This document shows, in pieces, positions 47,701 to 59,220 of a DNA stretch of 64,000 nucleotides. Source of the stretch: Lama glama (taxonomy: Eukaryota); assembly GCA_028534125.1 (NCBI GenBank), contig CM052816.1:43526001-43590000 (forward strand). The letters are read 5' to 3'. Both the position numbers and the translations under genes were made by a program. Each line of letters starts with the position of its first letter. Position 1 is the first letter of the stretch. The notes under the pieces were generated by a model. The model saw only the letters and a list, made by a program, of their open reading frames with translations. It had not been told where the DNA came from and ran no database searches.

Positions 47701-50700
47701 TTCACTGTATAGACTTTGTCTTAAAACCTATAATAAGAGCCAGGCCCTGGCTGTGAACCTGTACACGTCAAGGAGACAAAAAGGAGGCTGCAGAGGCAAA
47801 GGCAATAATCGCGGGGCTTTTCTGCATAAAACTATGTGGAAGTGGAGGTCAAAGACCAAAGATTCTGGGCACTGTCCATATCACACCAAATCCTGATCCA
47901 ACGGAGGAAATGAAGGGCTCGATTGGCCAAACGTGGGCCTGGAGAAAAATATTAAATTGCTGAGCTAAAGAAGATGACCAGAAACTCTATTTAAAAAGTC
48001 GAGCAGTTTAATTTGCATTTTTAAAGCTTGAGTGAAATTAAATAATCTTTTATAGGTTAAAAAAATAATCACTGAATTTCTCAAACTCCATGGCAAACTC
48101 TGCTTAAGAAATGCATTTGTTCTAATGCATATATTCTTAATACTGCATCTTCTTTATGCTGCATTCTTATTTTGCAAAGTCTAGTCTTGGAAATCTGTAG
48201 CTAGTGGATCTGGTCATTGAATATCTGACAGTGATGCTCTCCCTTAATTGCACCCTGATTTATTTTCTACCTTTTCTTGTATGTTCTATATCAAAAAAAA
48301 AATCCTGAAGGCTAGAGTTCAAATCTGTAATAAATCATCTGCGTTCCATATTCCATGTGTGAATGGACTAGCGTTTGGTGTTTCTCTCCTTTCAAATACA
48401 TGGCTTAATGTTCTGTATGGGAGGCCTTAACTTTTAGATGTTGACTATCACTTTCTTAGAAATTCATAGGGGTAACACCTACTTTTCACTCAAGGTCAAG
48501 GAACAAATCCACAGGCCTAATTTAAATGATTCCTCTCCCCCTACTTCACATCATTATAAACCCACACCAGATGTGAGGGAAAGAGAAGCTCTGTTGCTTG
48601 TGGTTCAGTTGCTCTGACTACCTCTGTTGATTCTCCTGTGGACTTGGGAGAACAGATTTGCATTTTCTGTAGCAAACTTTTCCAGTGAAATAGAACTTTC
48701 CAAAATTCTGTTTTTGTCCTCAGTTAGGTTAATGTTAGAATTGGACATTGTTGCGGTCTGTGACAGTCTAAGATACGAATCTCGTCACTTTGCAGACTGA
48801 ATAAGGTTCTTGGCTGATGTTTGAGGACAGTTGACAACACGTACGTAGCATAAATAATCATGTGGCCCAGCTGTCATCCGTCGTGGCTTAGTGAGCACCT
48901 CCTGGCCTGTCGTCCAAAGCAGCGGACTAGATCTCTCTGACACTTCTGTGCAACACTTAAGTCTCTGTGATACTATAATTTGTTCGATTTAGATCAAGAC
49001 ATTTTATTATACTTAAGAGAGCACTTTATTTTCTGACTAAAGGAAAGCAAGACAAATTTTAAATTACATTTATTTTGGTAATTAAAGATAAAATTGCCTG
49101 TATCTGAGCTGGCAGGAACATTGAAATTCAATGCTGCAGTGCCATTTTTAGCACTTCAAATTTCTCAGCACATTAACATTCTCTTGTGTGTTCCTTTTCC
49201 AGGGGTTTCTACAGGGAAATAGTGGCCATAACTTCCAAAAAATGGAAAGCAAATACATAGATAATGAGAGCCCCCTCACATCCTGCCCTATTCTCAGAGT
49301 CAGATTCTGAACATTTTGTGGTGTTTAAGTAAGAAATAGAAGAATGAGAGAGAAACAAATGGAAACTTCTCAGGGACACATGGACAGGATAGAGCAGCTC
49401 AGTGGTCATGTATGTTATTTAGTAAATTATCTCATGTGCTACACTTCTCTTTATGCCGATGACGCTGACATTTATATTTTCATCCTGACTGGTTACCAGA
49501 GTTTTCATCTCGTGGTGCAACTTTGCATAGCTCATTGGTATTTGTACGGCCCAGTGTCATGTGGAGCTCAACAGACTTAGAATGAAACTTGGTTCGGTTT
49601 CCCAGTGCCTCCTGTGTGCAGTGTTTCTTTCTTTCCAAATCCAGGGCTTTGCCTGTGGCTTCCACAGACCTGGGCGCCCCCTTCCTCCTTGGCCCAGTGC
49701 TCCTGTCAGTAGCAACTGTATCACCACTGCCGAAGGTCTCCAGGTTCAAAGCCTGGAGGGCGCTTCTAATTTATTGCTCTCCTTCATTCTTCATAGTGAT
49801 TAAGTTCTTAAAATTTTCCTTTAGACCAAGTGCTGTGATGTTGTTTCCTTTCTATACCATAGTCATCAGGCAACCGCAGATGCCTGGCATGCCCTGTCGG
49901 AATGAACGCAGCCGCCTTCCAGCAGCTCTCCTGGCCACCTCTTCCCTTGCTCTACTCCCACTGCTAAACCCACTCCCCTGCTGAGAAGCCTGGGAAGGGT
50001 CCTGATCTCCCAACATCGTGTCCAAACTCTGCTGCCTGTGTGTCTCCCTCCACCTGCATTTCGGAGTCACCTTTACCCCATCACGCACGTCTCCCTGCCC
50101 GTTGGTCTCACCTGTCTTCTCACTCTCCAGGCTTCTACTTCTCAGCTTTCCACTTTCTCTTCCTAGTCAGCTCCCCACATCCTAACCACGTTTTAGCCTT
50201 TCCCCCGTGAGTTCTTTTTTGATTGTTTCCATATACACTTCGATCCCCTTTCCCTTGAATTCTTAAGTCACAGCTTATGGCAGAATGGAAACAGATAAAC
50301 TTGGTTCAGTAATGTATCATCTTTAGACCTGGAGCAAGTCACTGTACCTCCCTGAGCTTGTACTGCCTTTTGTATCAAATGCAGATATTAATAAGTGAGA
50401 TGCAAATGATAACAGAATATGAAAGTCCTGAAGTTCTGCCGTGTGATCAGATCCTTAGTGTTAGTTGCATTTGATTTTTTAAAACTGATTTTAACTACTT
50501 GATGTCTGTCTGTCTGTCTGTCTCCCTAATTTGGCTTCAGGAGAGCAAGTACATCCCTTTCTCCCTTCAAAAGCCTGGAATTGTTATGTAAAAATTTGTG
50601 GCCAACTAACAAATCTGGAGTAAAACTTCCATTCGCGGAAACTTGGCCTAGAGTTTTCCAACAAGGCATTTGAAAGCTAGTCCAGTCTTGGACTTTGAAA

Positions 50701-50954
50701 ATACCTAGAGTAGAAACAAACAAGCAACGACAACCTGAAAGTTAAGTCTTGTAGAGCGAAGCCTTACCCCCACGTCATTCCTTGCACAACAGTGTAACTT
50801 CATAGAAGGTAGTTTATCCTGTTATCTTAGGAACTAAATATATCAGTTGTAAAGAAATAAAGATTTGAAGACATCCTGACCCACGTCTACCCAGGGTAGT
50901 TTCTAATAAATATCAGCTATTTTCCCACTGGATTTTTTATTTTAATTTAGTTAT

Positions 50955-51185
50955 CAGTCACTTATATAATACTTTTTATGGGCAGGTATTGTGTGAACAC
51001 TTTACAAATGTCAGCTCGGTTCATCCTCGCTGCCCCGCAGTGTTAATAGGGTTAGTTTACGGATAAGAAACGAATGCGTGAAGGGTCTGAGTGACATGCC
51101 CAGGGTCACACAGCGAGGAAAGGTGGAGAAGGACTTGGACCCAGGCAGGCAGTTGGCCCCCAGAGTCCCATACTCTTAACCAAGA
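50955..51185 (-). mobile_element. MIR SINE
   Basis: TTTACGGATAAGAAAC...GTGACATGCCCAGGGTCACACAGC...CCCAGGCAG...CCAGAGTCCCATACTCTTAACC. Confidence 0.85.
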
Positions 51186-54100
51186 GGCTCATGGTGGCTC
51201 TTTGAGCCTTATCCATTTTCATACTTTTCTTCTTGTCTGGACTGCTTTCAATGGCCCCTGAACGATAGCCAGCAGAACTCTGGGACACAATAAATGTTCA
51301 TCCCAGTAGTCAGACTCCGCTCTCTTCCCTGACCTGTTGAGTCAAAAGTAGGCTGTCCAGCTCCCAGAGGGACAAACTTCACAGGCATATGGGATGGGAG
51401 AATGACTTTTTCTCTTAATGGGAGGGTAGGGATGATTCTTTTTATATACAAGAGGGTATTTTGCTTTGCCTCAGAGTTTAAGAAAGGAGAATTGACCGAG
51501 TTGAGTCAGTTTTATAGTCATCACCAAGAATTTCAAAATACATGTAAATGCAGTGTCACAAGATAATGGCCTCAATAACACATTGCCAATTGTGAGCGAG
51601 ATAATAGCAAATTGTATTGACTTAGCTAGTTTACTTAATTATATTTTGCCAAGTACTCAACTGTACTTTTTTGAATTGTGATTTTAGATTTGAAGCAGAT
51701 CAGCAGTTCATGAGGAAAAGGCTTCAGCGTGTTCTAAGAGCCTGTTTTTCTAGAACTGTATCATGTTTAGAAGATCATCAGCCACCATACCAGTGATGTC
51801 ATCTGATAGAGCGTGAAGGTAAGATTTTATCCCCTTTTATGTTGGGATGTTTCTATTTGCTCTATTACGCAGTGATATGGATGCTGCAATTTATCACGTA
51901 TATGCTCGGAGAATGTAGGACCACTTCTGACGTTACAGTTGAACATGTCTCTTTCCTCAGTCTGGTTGGTCCAAGACTCTCATGGAGGAGAAGGGCCTGC
52001 TAATTCCTTATTGGTCTTTGCAGTCGCATTTATAGATCATGAGAGAACCTAGTTCAAGGAGCCATTTTTTACACACAAAGAATTTTATAAGAAAAATAGA
52101 AATAATTAACTGGAAGAAGGATTTTAAGCCCAGCGTCCTGTTTGACAAATGTAGGCTCAGGTGGACCCACACATATGTGTTTTTGGTGAATTGTCGGTTG
52201 AGGCCCACACTGTCACCCTCCTTCCTAACAGGGGTGACAGGGAGGGCTGGCTCCCTCCCCTTCTGCACATGAAAAAAAGCCTTTGCTTTTACTAAGTAAA
52301 TAGAATATATCTGTGTAAATCTGAAGGTAAAGTGGCTGTTAACAATAAACATAGCAGAGGGTATAGGTATCAGTCCACAAATACAAGCTGGGGTGTACAA
52401 AAAGCGTCACTTCGCAAAAATCGCTTTGAGTCAACTACGACCTACGCCTAAGCCTTCTTGTGGGCCCGACAGGAAGTTGATTTAGGGCTCTCTTTCCCTC
52501 CTGTATTGTGCAAAGGCCCCAGGACCTACCTAGAAGTACAGCACACTTTCTGCACATCACTGGCCACAAGGTAATTATCTCTAAGACATCCATTCTCTTA
52601 GTCCAAATGTTCATTTCTGGTCAGGAGGCTTTGTTGCTTGCTTCTGTGCTGGGAATCTTTGCCAAGCCCAGAGCCTTCGTGTTTGCAACCCAGTCCTACC
52701 AGCCATACGGAGCCCCACTCTCAACATGAGTCTTGCCACCTTCTGCTAAGGCTACTGTGGAACAGTGCATCCCCTCCTCAGAGGAGCCCCATGGGCTCTG
52801 ATGTCCTCCCAGATGTGGGAAGTCTTTCCCTTGACCTTCTCAAATCCACACCCCTCTCTCTCCTTTCCCTCCAGGACCACTCCAGTTTGTATGCTCTGCT
52901 CTGTTGCAAAATCCCAGAGCTAAGACAGCATGAAACCTGGCCCCTGGCTAGAAATGGCAGGAGGGAGAGGCAGGGAAAAATAAAGGAACAATAGAACTCA
53001 AATAATTTCTTGGTTAGTTACACTCCCACCCTACTATTTAGAAAGAGAAGTATTGCTGTGTTGGGCTTACCTTTAGATATGGTGGGTCATATAATCCCGC
53101 CTGTAACCCACAAGGACACATTTATTATCTCCTAGGCCAGTCATGCAGCCAGTAGTAGGGCCAGCATTTCAGTTCAGGCCAACTGGATCCCAAAGCTGAT
53201 ATTCTTTTTAAAAATATGCCACAAATGTAAGGACAAACCAAACTTTTTCTTGCAATTCTTCTCTTTCTGAAGAAAGCACTTCTGCCGCTAGAGTATTTCT
53301 GCCATATTAATAGCAACCTGAATTGGATAGTGCCTTTTGCTGGGACTTCTGTGGGCTGGTTTGCTCTTCTGATTCCTCCAGGGCACACTGTCCCAAAGGA
53401 TGCTTCATGGAGGCGTGTGTAGTGTTTCCACTTATTCTCATCTCTTTTTCCAGTCTAGGCTTCCATTAAACCTTTCCCTCCCCATAACACATACTGTGCT
53501 CTGCTTATCACCTTACTTATTTTTCTTTGGTAACTTCTTACCTCTCTCTTGACCAGGAATGCCAGTCTGAGGCATTTGTCTTCCAAATTCTCTCTCCTTT
53601 GTGAGAGTGAATATCTTGCTCCTGGTTAAATTCTGGTGAGCTGGATGCCTGTTTGTATAATATGCATTTCTGCCACTGGATTGTGTGCTGTTTGATAATC
53701 ATCTTGGTGACCCCAGTGTCTAAGACTGTCAGTGTTGCACTTTTAAGTTAAAGAGATACAGTGCCTTAAGGTTGTCATGTCATTGAATCCCTACAACACT
53801 CCTATGAGGGTGATATTTGGCTTATACTGAAAGCAAAGTGACTAGAAGAAATGCCAAGATATATTGAATAGTAGCATTAAACAGCACTGCAGAACTAGTT
53901 GGAAACCATGGCATCAAGCCAAAGCAGACTGACAAGCCAATTGCCAGTAACAGAACAGACTTTGCAAAATAGCTGTTGCCATAAACTGAGGAGAGGTCAT
54001 TCTTAGTGATTTAGGTAGAAAAGTTTGCTGCCTTACTAACAGTTTTAGGGCATGTGCCTATAGATGGAGATGCCATGGTTAGTGATGTCTTCTGAAACCT

Positions 54101-54369
54101 ATGGGGAAACCTGCCCGCATTCTGGAGAACACAGCCTGATCTGTAAATGGCAATGGACTCTGCACAATTATGAAGGGTTGGTTATGGCCATTTGGGACAA
54201 GTTGGTTACATTAAGGTGACTAGTGCTAACTAGAACTAGGTAGGAGAGAAAAAAATCACACAAGTAAAAGCTAAGGCAAGCGAACTTTATCACTTTTAAA
54301 ATTCATCGAAGCGATTCTTTCAATGTCTAGATTTCTTTCTTTCCAATACTGAAAGGTAATGTCATGGCA

Positions 54370-54530
54370 CCTCGACTTTGCCTAGGACACCCTGACTTTG
54401 TCACCTGTATGACCTTAAATAAGCTTCTTAGTTTCTTAAGACCTCATACTCAGTATAGGTTAATGAAACCTGCCTTGTAAGAGGTCTTGTGAAAATAATA
54501 TGAGGTAACAGATATTAAAGTAATTGATAC
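54370..54530 (+). mobile_element. MIR SINE fragment
   Basis: CTGTATGACCTTAAATAAGCTTCTTA...CCTGCCTTGTAAGAGGTCTTGTGAAAATAATATGAGGTAA. Confidence 0.6.
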
Positions 54531-54768
54531 AAATAATATAGATAAAACATTTGATTTTTTTTGCTCAAGACATAACATTATAATAACTTTAAAAATTATA
54601 CTTATTTTGGTTTGTTTGTTTTTCTTTAAATATCTTTAAATTTCTTTAAATATCTACTTCTTGTCTGTTTTGGTCTTCTCAAGACCTCCTTAGGACTCTA
54701 TTTGGGTCCTTATGGTTGGGTCCCTGCTGCTAGCCTCGTCCTACACTGATAACTTTCTGTATTCTGCC

Positions 54769-54945
54769 TGTTACGGGATGCACTATGTTCCCTCAAAATT
54801 TATATGTTGAAGTTCTAACCTGAGTGCTTCAGAATGTGATTGTATTTGGAGATCAGGTCTTTTAAGAGGTAATTAAGGTAAAATGAAGTCATGTGGGTAG
54901 GCCCAATCCAATCTGTTACTCTTATAAGAAGAGGAGATTAAGACA
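54769..54945 (+). mobile_element. MLT1B-like LTR 5' fragment
   Basis: TGTTACGGG...CCCTCAAAATTTATATGTTGAAGTTCTAACC...CAGAATGTGATTGTATTTGGAGAT...CTTATAAGAAGAGGAGA. Confidence 0.85.
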
Positions 54946-55312
54946 TGTATTTACTCTATAACCATTATCCTAGCAACCAACTTGACTAGTCCATACCTAT
55001 TCTATAGGGAGATGAAAACTGTATTCTTTTTTATTTAGGATTATTTAGCAAGGACATACTTGACTTTGATTAATTTTGGGTACTATCTGAGTGACTGTGG
55101 AGTAACTAAGTTGATTACTGAGTATGGCTTACGGAACCAGTCTTGTTGGCCTGACCATATAAATTATGAAACAAAACCATTTTCAAAATTAAATTGAGGT
55201 TTTAGTAAGACAAAGTTTTTGAAGCTAAGGTTTCAGTATGGCAGCTTTACTTTTAGGGTTTAATGTGTTAATTTACTTTTCTATGCATTCAAATGATTTC
55301 TTCTAATCCAAC

Positions 55313-55358
55313 TTAAACAATCAAACTAACTAACTAACTAAACAAACAAATAAATAAA
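55313..55358. repeat. Compound tetranucleotide microsatellite (AACT)(AAAC)(AAAT)
   Basis: AACTAACTAACTAACTAAACAAACAAATAAATAAA. Confidence 0.85.
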
Positions 55359-57659
55359 GTGAAAAAAGTCCCTGAATTAAGTATTATCTTTTTCTGTTGA
55401 ACTTTTTCTTAGAATGGGCATAGTAGGCTGTAGACTCCATGTGACACGTAGTTTATTTCCATATGTCTTTAGGCTTTCCTGTGACTCTCTTTGTTGGTTT
55501 CTCTTTTACTAGAAGCACTAAAATTGGTCCTGAAAATTGGGGATTCCTGATAAGGAAACTGGGTCGAGTCTCTGTTCTTTGTAGGAAATTTTTTGTGACA
55601 AAACAATTCCAAAATGAAAAACAAGTGCGCTTTTTACTCTCTTTTAAAAAATAAACTAAATGAGTTTCAAATATTATATTCTATTTTTCAGTAAAATTAA
55701 ATGCAACAGTGCTGCAAAAATAGATCTCTTCATTCTATAACTTGTTTGAATAAAAACTGTATACTGAATAATATGGGATAAGCAGGAACATGTGGATAAG
55801 AAAGAAATGTCACTCTTTTATCAAGAGTGCTCTGGCCTCAAAGAGGATTACTTGTCTGTCATTCATATGATTATTTTATAAAGTTAAAATATCCATACAT
55901 GCGGAGAAAACAATTTTCCTTAGATCTCCCTCTTGGAACAGAACATAATGTATTAAAGATCAACTGATGCCTTATATTTCCATCAGTGGTATAAGTTAAG
56001 ATTTAGTTTATAATATAATTGAGACCTCACAAAATATAGAACACCATTTTCAAATGGAATTGGAATTTCCCTACATTCTCCATTTGAAAAATTATTCTTA
56101 TGCATATAGGAGCTAATACAGAAGAGTTGTTTTTCTGATAAACGTTTTCTCTTTTCTTCTTTGATGTCTTATGTCAATGGAAAAGAACCCCCAAAATAAG
56201 TGCTGCTCCTTATCATTGTGCAAATGTGATTCTAGAGTGCACTTCTCTGTCCTAATCACTGAAATTATTTGGTTATCAAAGCCATACATTTGACTTTCAT
56301 CCTTTTCAGACTTATCCATGATATTGGTCTGGCCTTGAAAACACTGAAATGGCCTTTGTTTGATATTCAACATGTAATTTCAGAGAGACGTGTTCATTTT
56401 AAAAATTGAGTCTGAGTGTTAGTGTGATGGAGGAGTCTTAGCAAAGCCTGAGCATAGAACCATATTTTCCAAGGGTGCGTAGGGGGAACAGGTTGAGTAA
56501 ACAATAAAATGGCTGAGGGTGTATTTGTGTGTGTGTATGTGATTGTGGTGTGTGTGTATGTGTGTATACATTCAATTCTCTTCCCTAGAGTGGACAAATA
56601 TATTCTCTAAAGCACAGACTACTTCCAGAAGAAATCTTTAAAATCCCTTTTTAGCAGAATTATGCTATACTTGATATTTTGGAAAACAATTTCTCCCAAT
56701 CAGCTGTTCCTAATAAAGAGGCAACAGGCCATATGTTCTGTGACAAATTGGACTTGATTTGGCAATGGGAGTTGTATGACCTGGTTTGGAAATATCACGA
56801 GACTAAGAGACTAGGTGCCACCTGCCCTCAGTTAACTTTCTGCTTCTGTATGAAGGCATTTTTCTATGTCAAGTTCATATAATAATAACAACACAATTGT
56901 AATGTTTTCAAAATAGAGATTCAGTTGCTTTCTAATGCATGTGTCCAGGATTCCATGCTGCTTTCTGCTACCATTAGTGAGTGAGTAAGTTTTGTACAGT
57001 TTCTGTGGATGGCTTCTCCCACAGAAGGATGACTTGTATTTATTTGATTTCTGTCTTTGCTCTGGTATTTGGAGGCATGGTCGTGGGGCTGGCTCAGGGG
57101 TCCTGACGACAAAGGGGTAGGTTCCACTGGCCTCTGGACTCTGGGAAATCCTGCTGTGCTGGCGGGGTGTCCTAAACTATCGTGGGTCTTAGGAGAGGGG
57201 CTGCTTTTCACAAGAGTCCGCCCTGCAGGCAGTCCAAGTTCACTGTATGAGAAACACCCGTTCTGGGGTTATCACACTGTTTATCTTCAACACAGAAGGG
57301 ACCTTAGCAGTCTGAGAGCCCAGCAAGATTTCTTCCGGCCCAATGAACAATGAAGTGATTGCCACTTCAGGGCGTAAAATGGACAGATTTTTTTTTTTTT
57401 TCTCATGGAAAGACACCAAATACAAAACTCAAATCATTTATTACTCACTAAATATCTTTTAATCTTGATCTTTTCCAAGACTGTTACATTAATATTCATG
57501 TTCACAATTCTGATTTTTGTGTGTGAAATACTTTCTCATTATGCAGCCTTAAGGATGCCTGCTCAAACTTTCATTTGCAATAAAGATCTGCTAAGTTCAT
57601 GCCTCTTACAGTTCATCCTTAGAAACGTCCCTGCTTGATATTCCTCTAACTGAAAGGCT

Positions 57660-58320
57660 GGGGAAACTCCAGGACGCGGATTCACACTGCCGCACCCTCC
57701 CGCTGCTGTTTCTGCCACTTCTCTGGGTGCGCACCCCCCTCCCTGGGGCTGGTGCCCACGTGATAAATCCGCAGCCGTGGTCGCGCAGGCGCCCGGCCAT
57801 CTCCCCAGCCTCGTGCTGTCAGGAGTGAGCTCAAGCGACCAGTGACGCTGAAGAATTTCTCAGGTCATCGTCACTGACCTAGAAAACCAAAGAGGTTCTA
57901 GCGTTTGCCCACGGCGTGCGGCGGTGACACAGCTGCCGAGCGGTCAGCAGCCCGAGACACCGTCCGACCGCCACCCCCAAGTGAGGCTGGGGCCGGACGA
58001 GCAGTCGGGTTCTTACACTTCACAGAAAAGCCCCCAGTAACTCCAACTGACATTTTCCCCTTTTGCTCTTTGGTGACAGAGCCCAAACGCTGTGGTTTTG
58101 TTTTGGAAAATACACAACTCTCTTAAAATCATTTCCCAAAAGGTGGGATTCAGCAAAGGGCACACAAAGAGGCAGAAGGACCTCAGCGAGCAGGGCGTGG
58201 GCGCCCTTATTTCTTGTTTGGCATTTCCCACGCGGAGAAAGAAATCCAGGAGGAGACGCGGCCGGAGGATAATTCCTCCGTCTGGCAGCTGAGCTGGAGT
58301 CTCGCTTAACGTTCTTTAGT
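57660..58320. promoter_or_regulatory. CpG-island-like region
   Basis: Roughly 40 CpGs in ~660 bp by hand count, the densest in the window. E-box CACGTG next to a GATAA (~57757-57766). CRE and nuclear-receptor half-sites at 57840-57880. Confidence 0.55.
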
Positions 58321-59164
58321 GAGCTCGCACTTGCTGGAGACGTTTTAATGTCTTAATGAAAGGACAGGGAAATTATCACCCCTTGATTTGTGTTTTTAAA
58401 TTTGGAGTTTCTAAATTAAGACTACTTAACGATACAGGCATGCCCATTGCCAGGACGGGATGCGCTGCTCCAGCATTTGATGTGTCACCTTGAGGGTTTC
58501 CTGTGAGGTAATTATCATGCTGGGATGAGCTAATCTCCCCTGGAATAGTACACCTGCCTCATTCTGCTAACAAATAGGCCCCTGCCTTCTAGAGACTGCC
58601 TGACCTGACTTATTATATCTCCCCCATCAGCAGAAAGACTCATATCATCACTGGGCCAAAGGTGAATTGCCTAGAGACAAAGTTGGAATGAATTTTTTGC
58701 AGTCCCATTTCGCCAGACATTCAAACCACTTCATTCTGAAGAGTGGAGACCTTTAACTCTGTCACATATTTATGTATGCTTATAAGGCCAGGAAAGGGTC
58801 TTTCCACACACCCTGCTCTCGGTAGTAGTATTCTAGAAGAAACGGTGTCCGCTCCCAAACCTTTGTTCTCCAATGTTATTAGTCTGAGTGAAGAGAGATA
58901 CTGTTGCTGGTGTTTTCATTTACTTGCGTTTTGAAACTTGAATGTGTATGCTTTTGTCTCGTGGCAGTCAGCACAGAATTTCAAGTCCAAACACAACCTA
59001 GACCTGGAGTAGGGTGAGGGCTGCACGAATGTCCATCTAATTCTGGGGGAAAAGAAAAAACCCAACCAAAGATTTTTTAGCTGATGTCTGCTTTCCATAT
59101 AAAATGTGGCTTTGTTTTCTTATAGTTTTTTTTATTCCCTACAGCAAAAGAGGCTAATATTCAT

Positions 59165-59220
59165 TTAAAACCCAATAACAATTAAAACCCCCAATAACAA
59201 TTAAAACCTACAATGAACAA
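59165..59220. repeat. Three-copy 17-20 bp tandem repeat
   Basis: TTAAAACCCAATAACAA / TTAAAACCCCCAATAACAA / TTAAAACCTACAATGAACAA. Confidence 0.85.

Noticed and set aside
51754..51818. Plus-strand exon-like segment (gtttttctag ... GAAG|GTAAGA)
   Set aside because: Stops in all three frames and no convincing partner exons. It could only be a non-coding exon, which is unsupported here.
56047..56090. 12-bp inverted repeat TTTTCAAATGGA / TCCATTTGAAAA
   Set aside because: AT-rich, isolated and with no associated feature, so compatible with chance.
59165..59220. Short repeated units as a CRISPR-like array
   Set aside because: Tandem units without unique spacers, a eukaryotic context and no cas genes.
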